From Raillietiella orientalis (lineage: Eukaryota), in NCBI GenBank assembly GCA_036172245.1, contig JAYWIR010000001.1, forward strand, positions 6,324,001 to 6,388,000: a stretch of DNA of 64,000 bases, in the 5' to 3' direction. Below the pieces are notes generated by a model. It ran no database searches and was not told where the DNA came from. It worked only from the letters and a program-made list of their open reading frames with translations. How positions within the stretch are numbered: position 1 is the first letter of the stretch; every line of letters starts with the position of its first letter. Positions 35,249 to 48,422 of the stretch are shown here, in pieces. Position numbers and translations under genes: made by a program.

Positions 35249-38200
35249 TTATTTGTGTTTGCTTGAAGGACCGGGGCTCACTGCTCGCACTACTTCTTTA
35301 GCTACACGTAGGCCCTCTTGCAAAAGGATTTCTTCGTTACACTTGTTCCAGTTCGGTGGAGAGTTGGGGCTTACTGGTGAATCTGAGTTGTCCAAGCTGA
35401 AGTCTTGCGCGCGGAGAAGAGCTCGTTGTTCCAAAAATAACTGTGCTTGTCGATTCTGAACGTTATGAAGCTGCTGCTGTAAACTGTTAAGCGCAATGAG
35501 ATCGTGGCACCCCCTATAATCGTCCGCTTTGTCTCGCAACTCTGCCGCTCTCTCAGCATAACTGCGTAAGTCGAATGCAATTTGTTCTAGCCGTTGCTGT
35601 CTATCTCTTTTTCGAAAAGGAATTTTTGCATCTCGGTCACCTTCTTCAAAATCAAGACGTACTCGCTTTTCGTTTTCCATCGCTTCCTCAATGCAATTGA
35701 GCAAACGGCCCGTCTGCCCCCGAGAGTGGCCTTTGGAGTACTGGTAACCGGATTCCCTCACGACCTGCCGTGCCAGCGGAAACAGTTCGTCTCTCCTGGT
35801 GAGCAGAGCGGGCACCAACCGGCAGATCTGTGCAGCAGCTTCGTTCACGGACACCTAGATCTGCTGGTCAAGACCAGTGGTCTGGGGTTGGGATCGGGTC
35901 ACCTCATGCAGAGTCAACGGCTTTTCAGCGCGACGCTTACAATCAAATCGTCCGTAAATTGCGGCGTACTTGCGGATTTCATCCATGCGGTGAGGGTCAC
36001 TGTCAGGCATTTGAATGATATGCTGCAACCCGCCGTACAGAGGAAGCTGTGCTTGCGGTCCGCATCCTTACCTCTAGGTCTTTGGAAATCCTCCGCTTGT
36101 TGGGTGCCTTGGGTTCGAACTGAGGAAGCGTTTTGACCAGATGCTGTGCAGCATCAGCCAGCCGTTGTATCTGTGGCTCCAGTAGGGCTGGTGTTAGTTG
36201 AAGAGGAGAACCAGGTCTGCTGTAGTAAAGCTCATGCGACTGTAAGTCCGGCATAGGAGCACGAAGTGATTTTTAGCTTACCTGCTGCCGAACCGGGGAA
36301 AGGGCACCGTCGTCTTTTTCGCGGCTGATCGTGGGACTCGGAGTATGAACTGGCGATAGCTGTGCAGACGGAATAGGACTGACACAAGAAGCGGAAGTAG
36401 AAAAATGCAACAAGCGGTTTCCTCCAAACAAAGAAATGCTGTTCCCAAGAAGGTTGGGGATCAACGGTGTTTGGAACGGCGCTGAAATACACAAACAGCA
36501 GTGTGAATGAAATTACGCAAATTTACTTTCAGGTACGGCGTCCCTGAACACACACCTCCGCGAAAGGGGACAGCAGCTTGATTGCTCAGCGCCTAAGATG
36601 TCGAGAGCCTCGGTTAAGATCGCCAGAGGGATTTTTTTACGGCACTTTTACAAATGCACTACTGCAGAGACAGCGCATCGCAATCTGCTCCCTTCAGCAG
36701 GGGCGCTTTGCATCCCTTGGAGCCACGCGAGAGCGTCTTTTCCAGTTGCACATTCATCGGAGATGAATAATGATGATAACCGGCAAACCCTGGTGCGCGC
36801 CGCGTGGCTCGCGCATCGAATCGCGCAAAATTCTTCACCTGCAGAAGAGTGCGTGTGGGAAGGAGGGGTGGGGGTGGGGGGGGTTAAAGGGTGGTTGGTG
36901 GTGCCGTTTGGATTCAATGAAAAATGTTGCTGCGCGATGGACAGAAAATCATCGGAAAAAAAAAAAAAGTAACTGAAGAGTATCGCCCTCTACCGCCCGA
37001 TCTACAGCGAACCGAAAGGATGCACAAGGTGATCCCATTCGCGGCTCCTCTTCCAGTATGTTCGGGAGCATGCGGATGGTTTCCGGCAACCATCGACATT
37101 CGCGTGAATGAGAAGGCGCATCCGAGAGAGCGGCAGGAAAATGGCAATGTGCAAATCGGAATGGCGCGCCCGCTGTGAGACGGGAGATCCCCGAGTCTCA
37201 CGTTCTATCCTCCCCCCCCCCCCCGGCCCATTCCACTCCCGCCTCAGTCTGCTCACGTCTCGTCGCCGATTCCCGGCCTGCAATTCTAAAAAGTTCCGTT
37301 TTGATGTGTACTTTTGGGCCCGATCCCGATGGGGAAAGCAAATAATATACTTTCTTTTTCCTTTTTTTTTTTTTTTTTTTCCAAAAAAAAAAAAATTCCC
37401 GAAACGGACGAAAAAACCGTTTGGCAACGCGTTCGTCTGCATCGCTCGGCGGAGGAGCCGCCGCCATTCCGCCTCGGCGCTTCCTGTCTGCCGGTGCGAT
37501 TGACAGAGCGTTCCGCGGCGCTTCTCGTTCGCAATCTTGTTTGTTTGCGTTTGTGATGAAAGAAAGAATTCCGATTCCTCGTGCAATTTGTTTTGCTTCC
37601 CTTCTTTCCTCCTCCCCTTCCTCAAATACCGTTCCGGGAAGAGCGCGCTGCCTCGCGCTTTGTTTGCCACCCGACCTACTCCGAGGCAAGCGGTTCGGCT
37701 TGCAGCCTCCCCCTCTCTTTTTTTACCCCCCTCCGCCCCTCCTTGCATCGCAGTCGCATCGGCCCTCCTCTTCCAGGAGGAGGAAGACGACGAGCAAAGC
37801 GGTGGTTGCGTCCGGCACGCTTCGATCAACCCTTATCCATCCTGTTGTCACTTGATGGCGCCAGTTCAAATCCTGGTGCACACAGCTCCGATGCAGCGGG
37901 CAGCACGCAGCGCAAGACCCCTCCTCTTCCCCCCCTCCTGCTGTCTGAGGATCTTTGGCCTCCACGAGTAGAGGCAGCAGCGGCTTCTACCCGATCGATA
38001 TCTACCATGGATGTGTTTTTTTTTTTTTGGAAAAAAAATAAAAAAAAACATCCCCCCCCCCGTCACGATCTCCAAGTTTCGGGGCTCGCCTAACGAGTTG
38101 TTGAGCCTGAGTATGCGTGTGCATGTGTGTGCGTGGGGGGGGGGGGGGGGGCAGCGATGACTCACGCTCCATTCCCGACGTGACCCACGGCGAGGGAAGT

Positions 38201-41200
38201 TGTGCACGTGCGCAGGGAAGTCGCCGCCGTCCTTGCAATGGCTGCTGGCGTCTCCGGCAAGAAGCGGCTGCCGACGGTTTCGCCGTCGCGAAGAGCGCGC
38301 GCAGATTTGCGGGTCTTCGCGGACTGAGGCGAAGCGGTGGGACTCGGACGAAGGCAGCAGCGCCTTCCCCAAGGGAAGCTCACCGGGGACTTAGGATCGA
38401 CTGAACCATGCTCAAAGGCTGTTCGCATGGACCCCTTCTCCACATCAGACCTCCGGGATCTCACGAGTCGCCCGGAAACACGCACGGGAGCGGAGGAGGA
38501 AATCCTCCTCTGCGACGACCCAGTCAGACCTTTCTTCCTTCACCTCCTGATGATGTGTGGCAAGGCAGTGCCAGTGGCGCAGCTCCGCGCCGCACAACGG
38601 AAACCGTGCGTTTCTGCGGCGACGCGTGTTACCGGAGACATCTTGCCATCCCTTCCTCATCTCCCCGTCTTCTCCGTCTGAGCACGCGGGTCTTACGTAG
38701 TGCCACCGTTCGTTTCCCCTCGAGCCGGGTCGCTCGCTCGGGAGGCAGCGTCAACACGGCTGTCCAGCCACTGGAAGCCCTCCGACTGCAAGCTGCCGAG
38801 TCGCCGATGATGCGGAAAGTCCACCACGTGGCCGCAGCGAGGGCGAACCCTGCGCTTCCCCCCCCACCCCCCCGTCTCGCGGGCCGCTCACCTGCGAGAG
38901 GGCTCGCCCAGGAGCCGGCTTGGAGACTGACAGCGCGCCACCGGTCACTTCCCACTGTCCCGCGCCCCTTCTTCGCGTCTGGCACGATCGTTCACGTGCT
39001 TCTCGGTCCTTTCTCGGCCCCCGGGGGCGGGGAGGCCCAGGAGTCTCGGAGCTCTGTCCCCCCCAGGCGGCTGCGCGAGCGATTCCTTCTCGCCATGGCC
39101 CGTTCGATGTCTCCCTCCTTCCCTCCCTTTCCTCCCGTTTCCGGAATGTTCTCGGAGATCGGGACCTCGCTGCTGCGCCGCAAGACGGCGCTTCCGAACT
39201 TTCCGTCCGCAGAGGTCGAGGGGCAGTCCTTCCCCCTTCCTCACAATGAGCAGCACAAGGAGGTCCTTTAGGACAGCCCGGGGCATCCTGAAGAAGGCCG
39301 AAGGGGAAAAAAAAAAAACCTTGACGGGATGGCGAGGTGAACGAGCGCCATCGTACGGAGCAGGTGCCGTCACCGCGCGCTTGAATGGACAGGGTAGAGG
39401 TGGGGGGAGACCAAGATCAGTGCCCCGTGGAACGCAAGTGGAGCCGACAACCACTTCGACGAAGGTCCTCCAGGAAGAGGCGGATGCACCCCCGCCCCAG
39501 GAAAGCATCCTCCCTCAGTCGCAGCGCAGGCGTCGAACGGGTAGACGAGGACGGGACCCGGAAGAGCGGGAGGGGAGGCAGAACTGTGCCCCCCTGTCAC
39601 TGCCGCCCCCATCTCCGGAAGACACCGGAAAAGGAACCCGAAGAGCAGGGACCGCTGCCGACGCACGTCGCGCGGAGCGGCAGCCCAGGTGGACGCTGCG
39701 CAAGGGGGGAAGAGAACAACTGAACGCCTCTGCAGCGCAGTCAGGGGGTCGGCGAGAGTCGAGCATCGCTTCCTCTCCCGCCCTGGGGAGAGGGCCGGCG
39801 GGACGTGCGTCGGCGGCGTGGCGTGTGGGCTGCTGCCACTGTGGCGGATTCGACCTCCGTGGAAGGGCCACTGCTACGAAATCGAGAGGGCGCTGCGGGG
39901 AGGACAGGCACTCTGTTCCCCCTACCCACCCACCACCCTCTTTCCCCGCAGTGCTTGGCTCATTTCGGATCCTCCGAGGTTGCCGCAGGACGACGGCGGG
40001 CCGAATCGTTGGTTCTGCTCTCCACCTTCCTCCTCTCCGTCCTGCCTTCCCTCGTCCCTTCTGCATGTGCAGAAGGCAGAGAGAAGACGAGAGGATGAGG
40101 AGGGGATGGGGAGGCAAGCGGGGATGCGATTTGCGGTAGTGACCCGCAGGCCTCCGGTTGCAAGACCGACGCAAGACCGTGGGCACCTGAAGGCGCGCGC
40201 GCTTTCGGACGCCAAGACCACCCCGTGAACGAGGCGATAAAGGAGGCGAAGAGCGCCTCCTTTTTTCTTCCCCCCCCCCCCCCACGCGTGGTGCGGGTGA
40301 TGCGTGCAGTGCAGCAGGGCTTCTCTCTTTTTTTTTTTTGTTTTTGTTTTTCCCCCGGCGTGCCTTCTCCGCAGAGGCGCACAAAGCGCGGATTTCCATT
40401 CTTCGTCCGCAACACGTGCGCCTACGCGCAAACAAAGCACTTGACGAGCGGCAAAAAATAAACAATGGGAAGGGGGGGGAGGGGGGGTGGAAAAGGAAAA
40501 CAGAACCGCGTTGCGCGGCACGATTGTTCGCGCAACCTAGCAACGCGCGCTGTTCCGAGCGCAAACTTTTCCACGAACCAACTGGGCATATACATAACCG
40601 AAATAACTGAAAATGGACTTTTCGGGACTCCATCAGGCTGCAGGTTTCGGGGAATCCGCAGCACCCGCGGGAAATCTCTCCCGAATCCCCGAACCGCTCG
40701 AAATCTCTCGGAAACGAGCGGCGACCGAGACGACTCTTCCATGCAGAAAGAGGTGCTGCTCCCTCAGGAAAGAACGACACCAACCGCAGAGGTCCTCAGC
40801 ATGCTCGAAATGCTCTGCACTCAAAAAGGGAAGAAGAAAATCAGGGAAAGAAGGGAAAAAGCGAAAGTGAGAAGAAGTTTTATCGGAAAAGGCGACGTTT
40901 CCCGAAGTTTCCAAGCTCAACGACCACCCCGAAAACGGCTGACCCGCTTCCCGCCGCCACGCCGTGCGCAAAGCCTCGCAACCGAAAGCACAGCTCGGGG
41001 GGAGGGGGGACCCGGGTCGCCCGAGGAATCTGCGAGGGTTCGGGGAAAGGAACAGACAGTTGCACGTGCAGAAGGCAGGCAGGCAGGTAAGAAAGACGCA
41101 AGCAAAGTGCACCGTGACAAATCCGCACGTGCGGGTTCGTGTGGCGTTCACGGCCGATGCTTTTCGCAGCATCGGGAACTGCAGCGCCTTTTCACTCCAC

Positions 41201-44200
41201 GGTCGGACAAGCACAGCCCGGGGAAGGCAACCACCCAGCTCTCGGGCGCCACCAACCCTCTGCGGGGTGAGTCCGCCAGCAGCCGTGTCGAGCCGCGCGC
41301 CCCGAATCGCGCGCTTCACCCCTCTCCAGAGGATCTCGCCCTTCGGCAGGGGCGACTTGTAGAGGGTCGCTCGTCCTGCGACAGTGGAGCTTCCTTCGCG
41401 GCACTTTCGCTGCCAGCTCCCCTCCCTCCCCCTCTCCGGAGCCCACGCTAGGTCTCGGGAGTCGAGCTTGCTCTCTCCAGGTCCGCTCCGAAACTGCCTG
41501 CAAAGCGCGCTGCGTCAACATCTTGGGGAAGCCTTGGTGTTCCTGGAAGAAAGAGGGATTCCGGCCGTTCCGGTTTCCGCAACAGCGAAGGGAAAGCAGG
41601 AAGCCTCGGGAAGCAGCCCGGCCGTTTCTGCGAGCGAACGCTCAGGAACGGGAACCGGGAACGCTCGCGTTGCGTAGCCGTCGCGTGACCCGGAGGCGAA
41701 AGCGACACACAGGGCACGCTCCTCTTCCCTCCTCTTCCGAGAGCTGCCCTCCCCGAGGGAGGACACGAACAGCAGCCTTCCGGCTAGATGGGAGGTCACT
41801 GTGGAAATCTCCGGAAGGAGAAGAGGACGACTGGGAGAGTGGACGAAGGGACAGCTTACAAACGCTGCGACCCCAACTTCCCCATCCCGAGGACTTTTGC
41901 GCTGCGGCGAACTGCTAGAAATTCAGGAGGAAGACCTGCAGTGGCCCCCAGTTCTCTCGGACAGCAGCACCCTCCCCTTAAAGTGGCCGCAGTCGGCGAT
42001 GCTGCTGCTGCACTGGGGTCCCCCGTGCAACGCCCGCCAGCATCGCTGGCCACGGGTGTGTTTGGGAATCCGAACCGCGGCAGGTGCGGGGAACGTGAAT
42101 CCCTCCCGCACTTGCAGGTGGACTGTGTTTCCCTCCGGCCCCTTTGGGGACGCTTTGCCGCGACTCTAGGAACCCCTCGGCGACAACTCCAGGGACGCTT
42201 TACGACCCCTCCTCGCACGCGACGCGCTTCGGCCAGCAGCCTCGCTAGCAGCTCTCTGAGCCACGCTGGAGGAGGACACAGCGACAGGGGTGCCACATCC
42301 ACTCTGCCGTCCTCTTCACGAGGATGGCAACAGAATGGCCCCACCTGGAAAACATCATGCAGCAAGAGCTTGCCGGCATCCTGAAGAGGATGCAGAGGAC
42401 CGCCCCCAGCAGGACGTGATCCTTTCTTCCCCCTCCCCCCCTCAGATCTATTTGTTTTCATTTTTGCTTGCCCCTTCCCATCTGCTGCTGAGGCGACCTC
42501 AGCGGTCTACGTCCCGGCCACTCGGCAGTTTCCTTTGGAAATGAACGTGATTTTGCAGAGATTGTGGTTGTTTATTTTATATGAAATAAACGCCCTGGCG
42601 CCTCCGGGTGACCACCCCCTCTTCTTCCTCGAGAGAGACGCGTTTGCCGGTCGGTCGGAAAACCGCAAGATCAAAGGCGAGAAGACACAGAGCGGGAGGG
42701 CCGTTCCTTTATCAAGTATCGCTGCAAGAACCGCTCCGGATGCACTGGATGAGGAAGGGAGGGCCCGAAAGCGCTACGCCTGGGCCCTTTCGGGCGCGGA
42801 AACGCTTGGCTCCTGGGTACAGGGGAAACAGCGCCGCCGAGAGGGCGCGGTTCGTTTTCCCGCGGGGAAACGGCGCACCCGTGCTCCTTCGCACGTACCT
42901 TCGGCACGTCCGCTTTCCTACCGCGGTGTTCTCCGGGAGGGAACGGAGAAGAAGCAGGGCAGGAGGAGCCAATACAGCTCGCGTAGGTCGGAGAGGAAGA
43001 GCCAGCAAGCCGCCGGAACAAAAGAAGTCACCTGGATTCTGCAGCCACTCCTGCAGCGCCTTCTGTAGCCGTCGCACGTGGAGCGGTTTCGAAGCCATCC
43101 CGACCAGCGACATGATCTCCAGGAATTCCTCCTCCCCCGCCTCACACAGCTGCTGCACGTCGTCGCCTCCTGGACAGAGAAACGCCGGGCTGAGTTCAAG
43201 AGCGGAGCGCGGCTCCTGCGAACACCCCACCTCCTCCTCCTCCTCGGTGTCCTCCCCCCTTGCGCCCAGCTGCGGCTGATGCTCGCCCGCGCGGAAGGAG
43301 GGGGGAAGGCAGAGAGAGGACGGAAGCGAGGCGAAGAGCCGTGCGCGCGCCCCGATGTGTCCCACGGAAGAGCCCGGCGGAAAACGGGATGCCAATCGCG
43401 ACGGGACCACCGCCTCCGGGAGTGATAGGGGGGTGGGCGCCACGCGCTGGGATGGTTTCGAGGACGAGGGGGTCATCGGTGCGAGTGACGCACGCGGGAG
43501 GAGGAGGGAAGAGTCCTCCTCTTCCTGGCGGATGGGAAAGGAAACGGCCTCCGCGCGAACCTGGCAGAAGGTGGGTGGGGTGGTTGGGTGCGAAAGATCA
43601 GAAGGGATCGTTGCGAAATCCGCTGCGATCCCCGCGGGAGAGGGGGAGAAGAGAGAGAGCGGGAAGGGCGCGCCGGCCTGTATATGCGCGGAGTCGGCAT
43701 GAGGGAGGGGAGGGAAGACGGAAGTCCCGTAGGCGCAGCACCCCCCACCCCGCAGAGGTGTCCGCACGCGGACGGACACGTGGCGGAGGTGCGCTCCGGC
43801 CGTGAGGGCTGAGGGGGCGGCTCGGTTGCCTCCATAGTGCCCCCCCCCCCCCCCGGCTGCGGGTGGGCGGCGGCACGTTCGCGGAGCGTCTGAGCCGCCG
43901 CTGGAAACCGAAGCTGCAGACGCAAGACCCGCAGGCGGCGGCGGCGGCGGCGGTTTCCTTGGAAACGTTCCGGCTCGACGGCGCGGTCGCAGGTGGTTTC
44001 TTCTCCTCAAGCCACGCCCCTCGCTCCTGCGTCGCCGAGCAGAAATCGCGAGCACCCCCGTACCGGGGAAACCGGGAAAGCGATCCTCGGAGGAAGGGTG
44101 CATGCAGCACGCATTAGCTTCCTTCGAAAAACATCAAAGAGAAGAAAGGAAGGCGGAAAGGAGGACCAAGAAAAGTGCAGGGGAAGGGAAGTTTTGCTTC

Positions 44201-47200
44201 TTTTTTTTTTTTTTAAAAAAAAAATAGAGACGAATAGATGAAGATATAAATAGAACAAGAAGATAGAAAGACAAACGAAAGGCAAGGGAAAACCACGAAT
44301 GAAAAAGAGAAAATGAAGATAATAAAAGAACAAATAGGGGAAAAGCAGAAAAGTTTGGAATGCATAAAAAAGTGTGAATAAAAAGGGGGGAAAAAACGGA
44401 GAATATCGGGCGGAGGTAAAGAAAAGTCGGAAAGTAAAGAGAGGGGGAAACAAAAAATAAAAGGAGCAAACAAAAGAACGAGAAAAAAAACGGGAAAGGA
44501 GAATGAAACGCAAAAAGAAAACGAAAACAAAAAAAAAAAAAAAAGGCTAGAAAGACGAGGGGAGGGGAGGGGGAGCAGCGTCGCGACGTTCCCTTGGCAG
44601 AAGGGGGAGGGAGCTCCGAGGTGGTCTCTGTCGCGCGCGCCTCTGGCGACGAAATTAGGCGAACCCGTTGCGGAACCATCCCCGCGCGGGACTCGCCGCC
44701 TCCCTTCTATGCCCCGGTTGCAGCCGGAAAAGGGCAGGATGGGGCTCTTGCGAGCCTGGCTCAGTGTGGTCGCGTCCTACTCGTGTGGGACACGCGAGCG
44801 CCAGGTGGAGGTGGAGCTGCGGCCTGCTCACTCGCTGCGTTCCCGAAGATGCGCTGGTGCCAGACGCTGCTGCTAGCGAATTGAGGTCTTGGGGACCCGG
44901 GAGAGGGTCACAATGATCCGCCCCCCCCCCCCTCCTCTCCCCTGTGCCCGGAGGCGCCACTGACGGCTTGGAGAGCATGAGGAGAGCGGAGGGGGAAGTA
45001 AGTAGGAACCTTTTGCGCCTCCGGGCGGGGGGGGGGGCAGCAAGTGGCGGGTGCTCTCATACAGACGGTCGCCACTCCACCCAAGAGATGCGCTCGTTCC
45101 CTCCGCTGCCCCCGGAGGCTGGACGGCTTACGAAGCGCGCCGACGAGACAGGGTGCACCACGGGCGTCCACACCGGTTGCTAAGCAGCGGCGCGGCCGTT
45201 GCTACAAGGCTGGCGGGGGGCTCTGGAAACTCTGTGGGTTGAATTCAGGAGCTGCTGCTGTTGCTGACACGACGACGGAGCACGGAAGAACAGCGGACGG
45301 GAGTTTCCTGGCAACAGTCAGCGCGCACGACAGCAGATGTCACCACCAGCAGCACCGCTTGAGGAAGAGGAAAAAGGAGAGGAAATTCAGGAAAGTGCGG
45401 ATGGATGGAGCACCTCAGCGTCGAATCATTTTGCACGCGCGCTCAGAACGAACCGCAAGAAGATGGGCGGGCGGAAGGGAAAAAAAAATCGAACGCAAAA
45501 AAGCGCACGAGGCAGCAGCGCCGTCGGCGGCAGGAGAGGGAGTTACTCGAGCAGATCGGCCCTGGGTCGCTCCCCACGGGGGATGGCCCGGGCACTGTCA
45601 GCAGGCGTCTGTGGACACGCATCGGCGCAGAGGACCCAACCTGCGCTCGTACCTACGGAAGGGCCCTTTTCGGCTACCCCCAGCTTCCCGGTTCGTCCTC
45701 CTCGGGGGGACGCCCCGCTGACCCCGTGCTCCCGGAATGCTGCACAATACTCTGTGCACAGACGCGCGCTCATGTGCTCACGCGAAGAGGTGCACGGAAC
45801 ACGCCCCCAACGCGCAAAACGAAACACGCTCATGTGCGCACGGATGCCCAGGCACACAAATGTAAACACAAACACGCATGACACCTGTGTTTACAACGGC
45901 GCACTCCCGAACGTGCACGAGACGTACCGGCGGGAACTTCCCGCGCAAAAACAGCTCTGTGACCGTGACCGCCGGAAGGATTTCATAGAGTGCGGAAAGG
46001 CACGGCCGAGTTCCTTCCCCCCTCTCCTCTCCCCCCCCCCCAACCCAAGATGGCGGACTCAACTTGCCTGCGGTCGCGAAAAGTGCGCATGCGCGCGAAT
46101 TTTGAGGGATGCGGAAGGACACCGGGCAAGCGCAGGATGGAGGGGACGGAGACAATTCCCGGGAGGAGTGGGAAGCGCTCGCGGCGTGACGGCAGAAGAA
46201 AAAAAACAAAAGATGGCGCCAGCGGCTCGATCAGCCAAATGAGTGAGGCGAAAGGAGCACAGAGATCATGAAGGCATCTCGTACTGCGCGCTTTCAGCAT
46301 CTTTGGTACTCGAACAAGCTTCTTCCAGCAGCACGGACTCCCTTAAGGAAGTGAGGGAATGGGGAGGAGGTGCGAATCCGAGGAGGGAGGTGGGGGGGGG
46401 GGAGCTGCAAAGAACACCTACACGGTAAGGGAACAACACCAGACGCACTCAGACAGTGCTGACCGAAAAAGCATTTCCTGGACCAACTCCATTCCGCCCA
46501 TCCCGATGGACCGCTGGCAACACGTCGGATACCTCGCAAGGAGGAAAACTTGCGAAGGAAGGCCGTTGCGTCTGGCTCCCGGTAACGGCTACGTCAGACG
46601 AGTCGTCTGCAGCCAGACCGCAAGGTCGTAGCCCCGCCAAGAAAGATTGGCCCAGCAACGACGACAGAGAGAGTTGCTGCAGCGCCGCCATGGCTCTTTC
46701 GGCAGAGCGCCGCGACACTCCTCCGACTTTTTTTTTCCTCCTTTTTTCCTCTTCGGTTGCAGCGTTGAACCCGACGCAGGATGCACCGCGCATCGCTCAT
46801 AAGTCCCGCCATTTAAGAATGGCCACTACACGTGGCAACCACGCTGCCGGTCCATTTTTACACGCTCCGCGAGACAAGCGCCGGCTGCAAGGGCGGACGA
46901 CGTGCAAATTCCCCGGGATCTGGCAGGACCGAGGGGCTCTCGGTGGACCACGGTCAATCCTCTGACCACAGTGCTAGATGATCACATCAAGCAGGAGGCC
47001 AGCCGTCCCAGACGCTTTGGAAATGACGTCGGCACTGTTTGCGCAACCGGAGCTCCCACCTACACGCCGCCAGGACCGTCCTCTGCAGGTGCCAACTGCC
47101 GCCAGAGACCCAGGGCTGTCACCGAGCGGTGCTGTGCGGCGCCAGGCTCCGGCATTGAACCGGGAACCCCAGCGACGAAGACAGACCGCCTCGCATGCGG

Positions 47201-48422
47201 GGAGCGTGGAAGACGACCTACGTCTCTACACCTGCACAACCGTCTCCCAAGACTGGAGAGCAGTCAAGCAGGCAATGGACATGCAAGGGCGGTCCGGAAT
47301 CAAGATCTTTCGAAGACTATTCCAAGGACACAAAGTCATCCCCCTGCACAACTCCACGTTGACGGAGCAAAGCTTGGACAGAGTACTCAGCAGGTTTCCT
47401 TCAGGGCCTTCTCGAGAGAAAGAGATGGGCACACGAGTACTGCGGCAGGGTGCCAGCTTGGACTATAAGCCACACCCTGCGAAAGATCGAAAGCGCAGAA
47501 CAGCAACGGGTAACAACGAGAATAGGAAACCAAGGACCAAAAGTGCTGTGCGGCGCTTTGTCCCTGGTTTCCCCGTGTAAAAGCCGTTGCGCCAGCTACC
47601 TGGACCTCAAACCTGCGCGCGCCAAAGACACGTGCAGCATAGCCTCGGGAGGCACATCTTGGCAAGGGGGATTCGCGTGTGGGTGCTGGAAGACGCAGCT
47701 CTTCCCTGGAAATGAGGTGTGCTTTTCGATACACGAACGTGTGCAGGTAGGCGCACCGCCCCTCTGCTGACGCGGGAAGGCGGCAGCAGGCCTGGCGCCC
47801 TCGAGGGAAGCCTCCCTCGTATCGAATTCGCAGGAATGGAAAGCGGCGGAGCTGGGCAGCGGGAGGGCGCGGAAGTCGACTGCGAGGCGAACAACGGGCG
47901 GGCAAACGCGAGCGGAAGGAGGAGGAGGAGGGAGAAGGGGGGGGGGACGGCGCTCGCTCGCACGGACACAACAAGGGGAGCCATTGCCGTCACCGTCGAG
48001 GGAGAGCGAGGCGCTCCGCCGCCGCCGAGCGCGGTCACGTGGTACTTCCGCCGCCCGAACCCTCTTTCTCCTCCTGGGGACGGAGCCCAGCGGGAGGAGG
48101 ATGGGATCGGCCCCACCCGGCCTGGCGCACGGCGGCGAGGGCGAGCCGCGGGCAGCGAGGAGAGCGTGCGTAGACGACGACGCCACAGGACGTGCGCGTC
48201 ACGCGCGCCCCCCGCCGCTTGGAGACGCTTCTGCGCGGTCGTCCTCTCCCCGTTCCGTTCCGCAAGGCGGAGCAGAGCGAACGAAACCACGTGGGACAGC
48301 GGCAACAGACCAAAGGCGTCCTTACCGTGGCTGATGAAAGTGTCGTAGTAGCTGAGGAGGTTCGCCCTTTGCAATATTCTGTACAGCTGCAGCTCGGATT
48401 CGTTGGTCGGCTGAGCGGTCAT
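35249..48422 (-). CDS. nab: NGFI-A binding protein (NAB) transcriptional co-regulator, 6 coding exons, at least 442 aa
   Basis: Exons 48422-48326, 43169-43032, 36481-36282, 36239-36072, 36022-35903 and 35854-35249. NCD1: [68 protein letters not shown]2: [35 protein letters not shown]...[21 protein letters not shown]. An acceptor at 48428-48429 implies a further upstream exon. Confidence 0.95.
41800..42612 (+). mobile_element. 5'-truncated non-LTR retrotransposon, copy B, antisense in NAB intron 2
   Basis: Decayed zf-[30 protein letters not shown] and C-terminus [28 protein letters not shown] (stop 42419), homologous to copy A EWTHLPEDVGSEISGIHRRF*. The 3' end is AATAAACGCCCTGGCGCCTCCGGGTG. 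The 5' boundary is approximate. Confidence 0.8.
44215..44575. repeat. Purine-rich (A/G) low-complexity tract
   Basis: About 360 bp dominated by A and G on the + strand, which is a long polypyrimidine tract on the NAB sense strand. Confidence 0.8.
46960..47580 (+). mobile_element. Degenerate non-LTR retrotransposon ORF2 C-terminal fragment, a different family from copies A-D
   Basis: LACGE, a frameshift, then [20 protein letters not shown] resembles a decayed zf-RVT (CxxCG..E...H....C......W). The AATAAA-hairpin end is absent. Confidence 0.4.

Noticed and set aside
42470-42530. Hammerhead or HDV-like ribozyme in the retrotransposon 3'UTR
   Set aside because: Stems are present, but there is no complete CUGANGA...GAAA core and no HDV nested pseudoknot in copies B-D.
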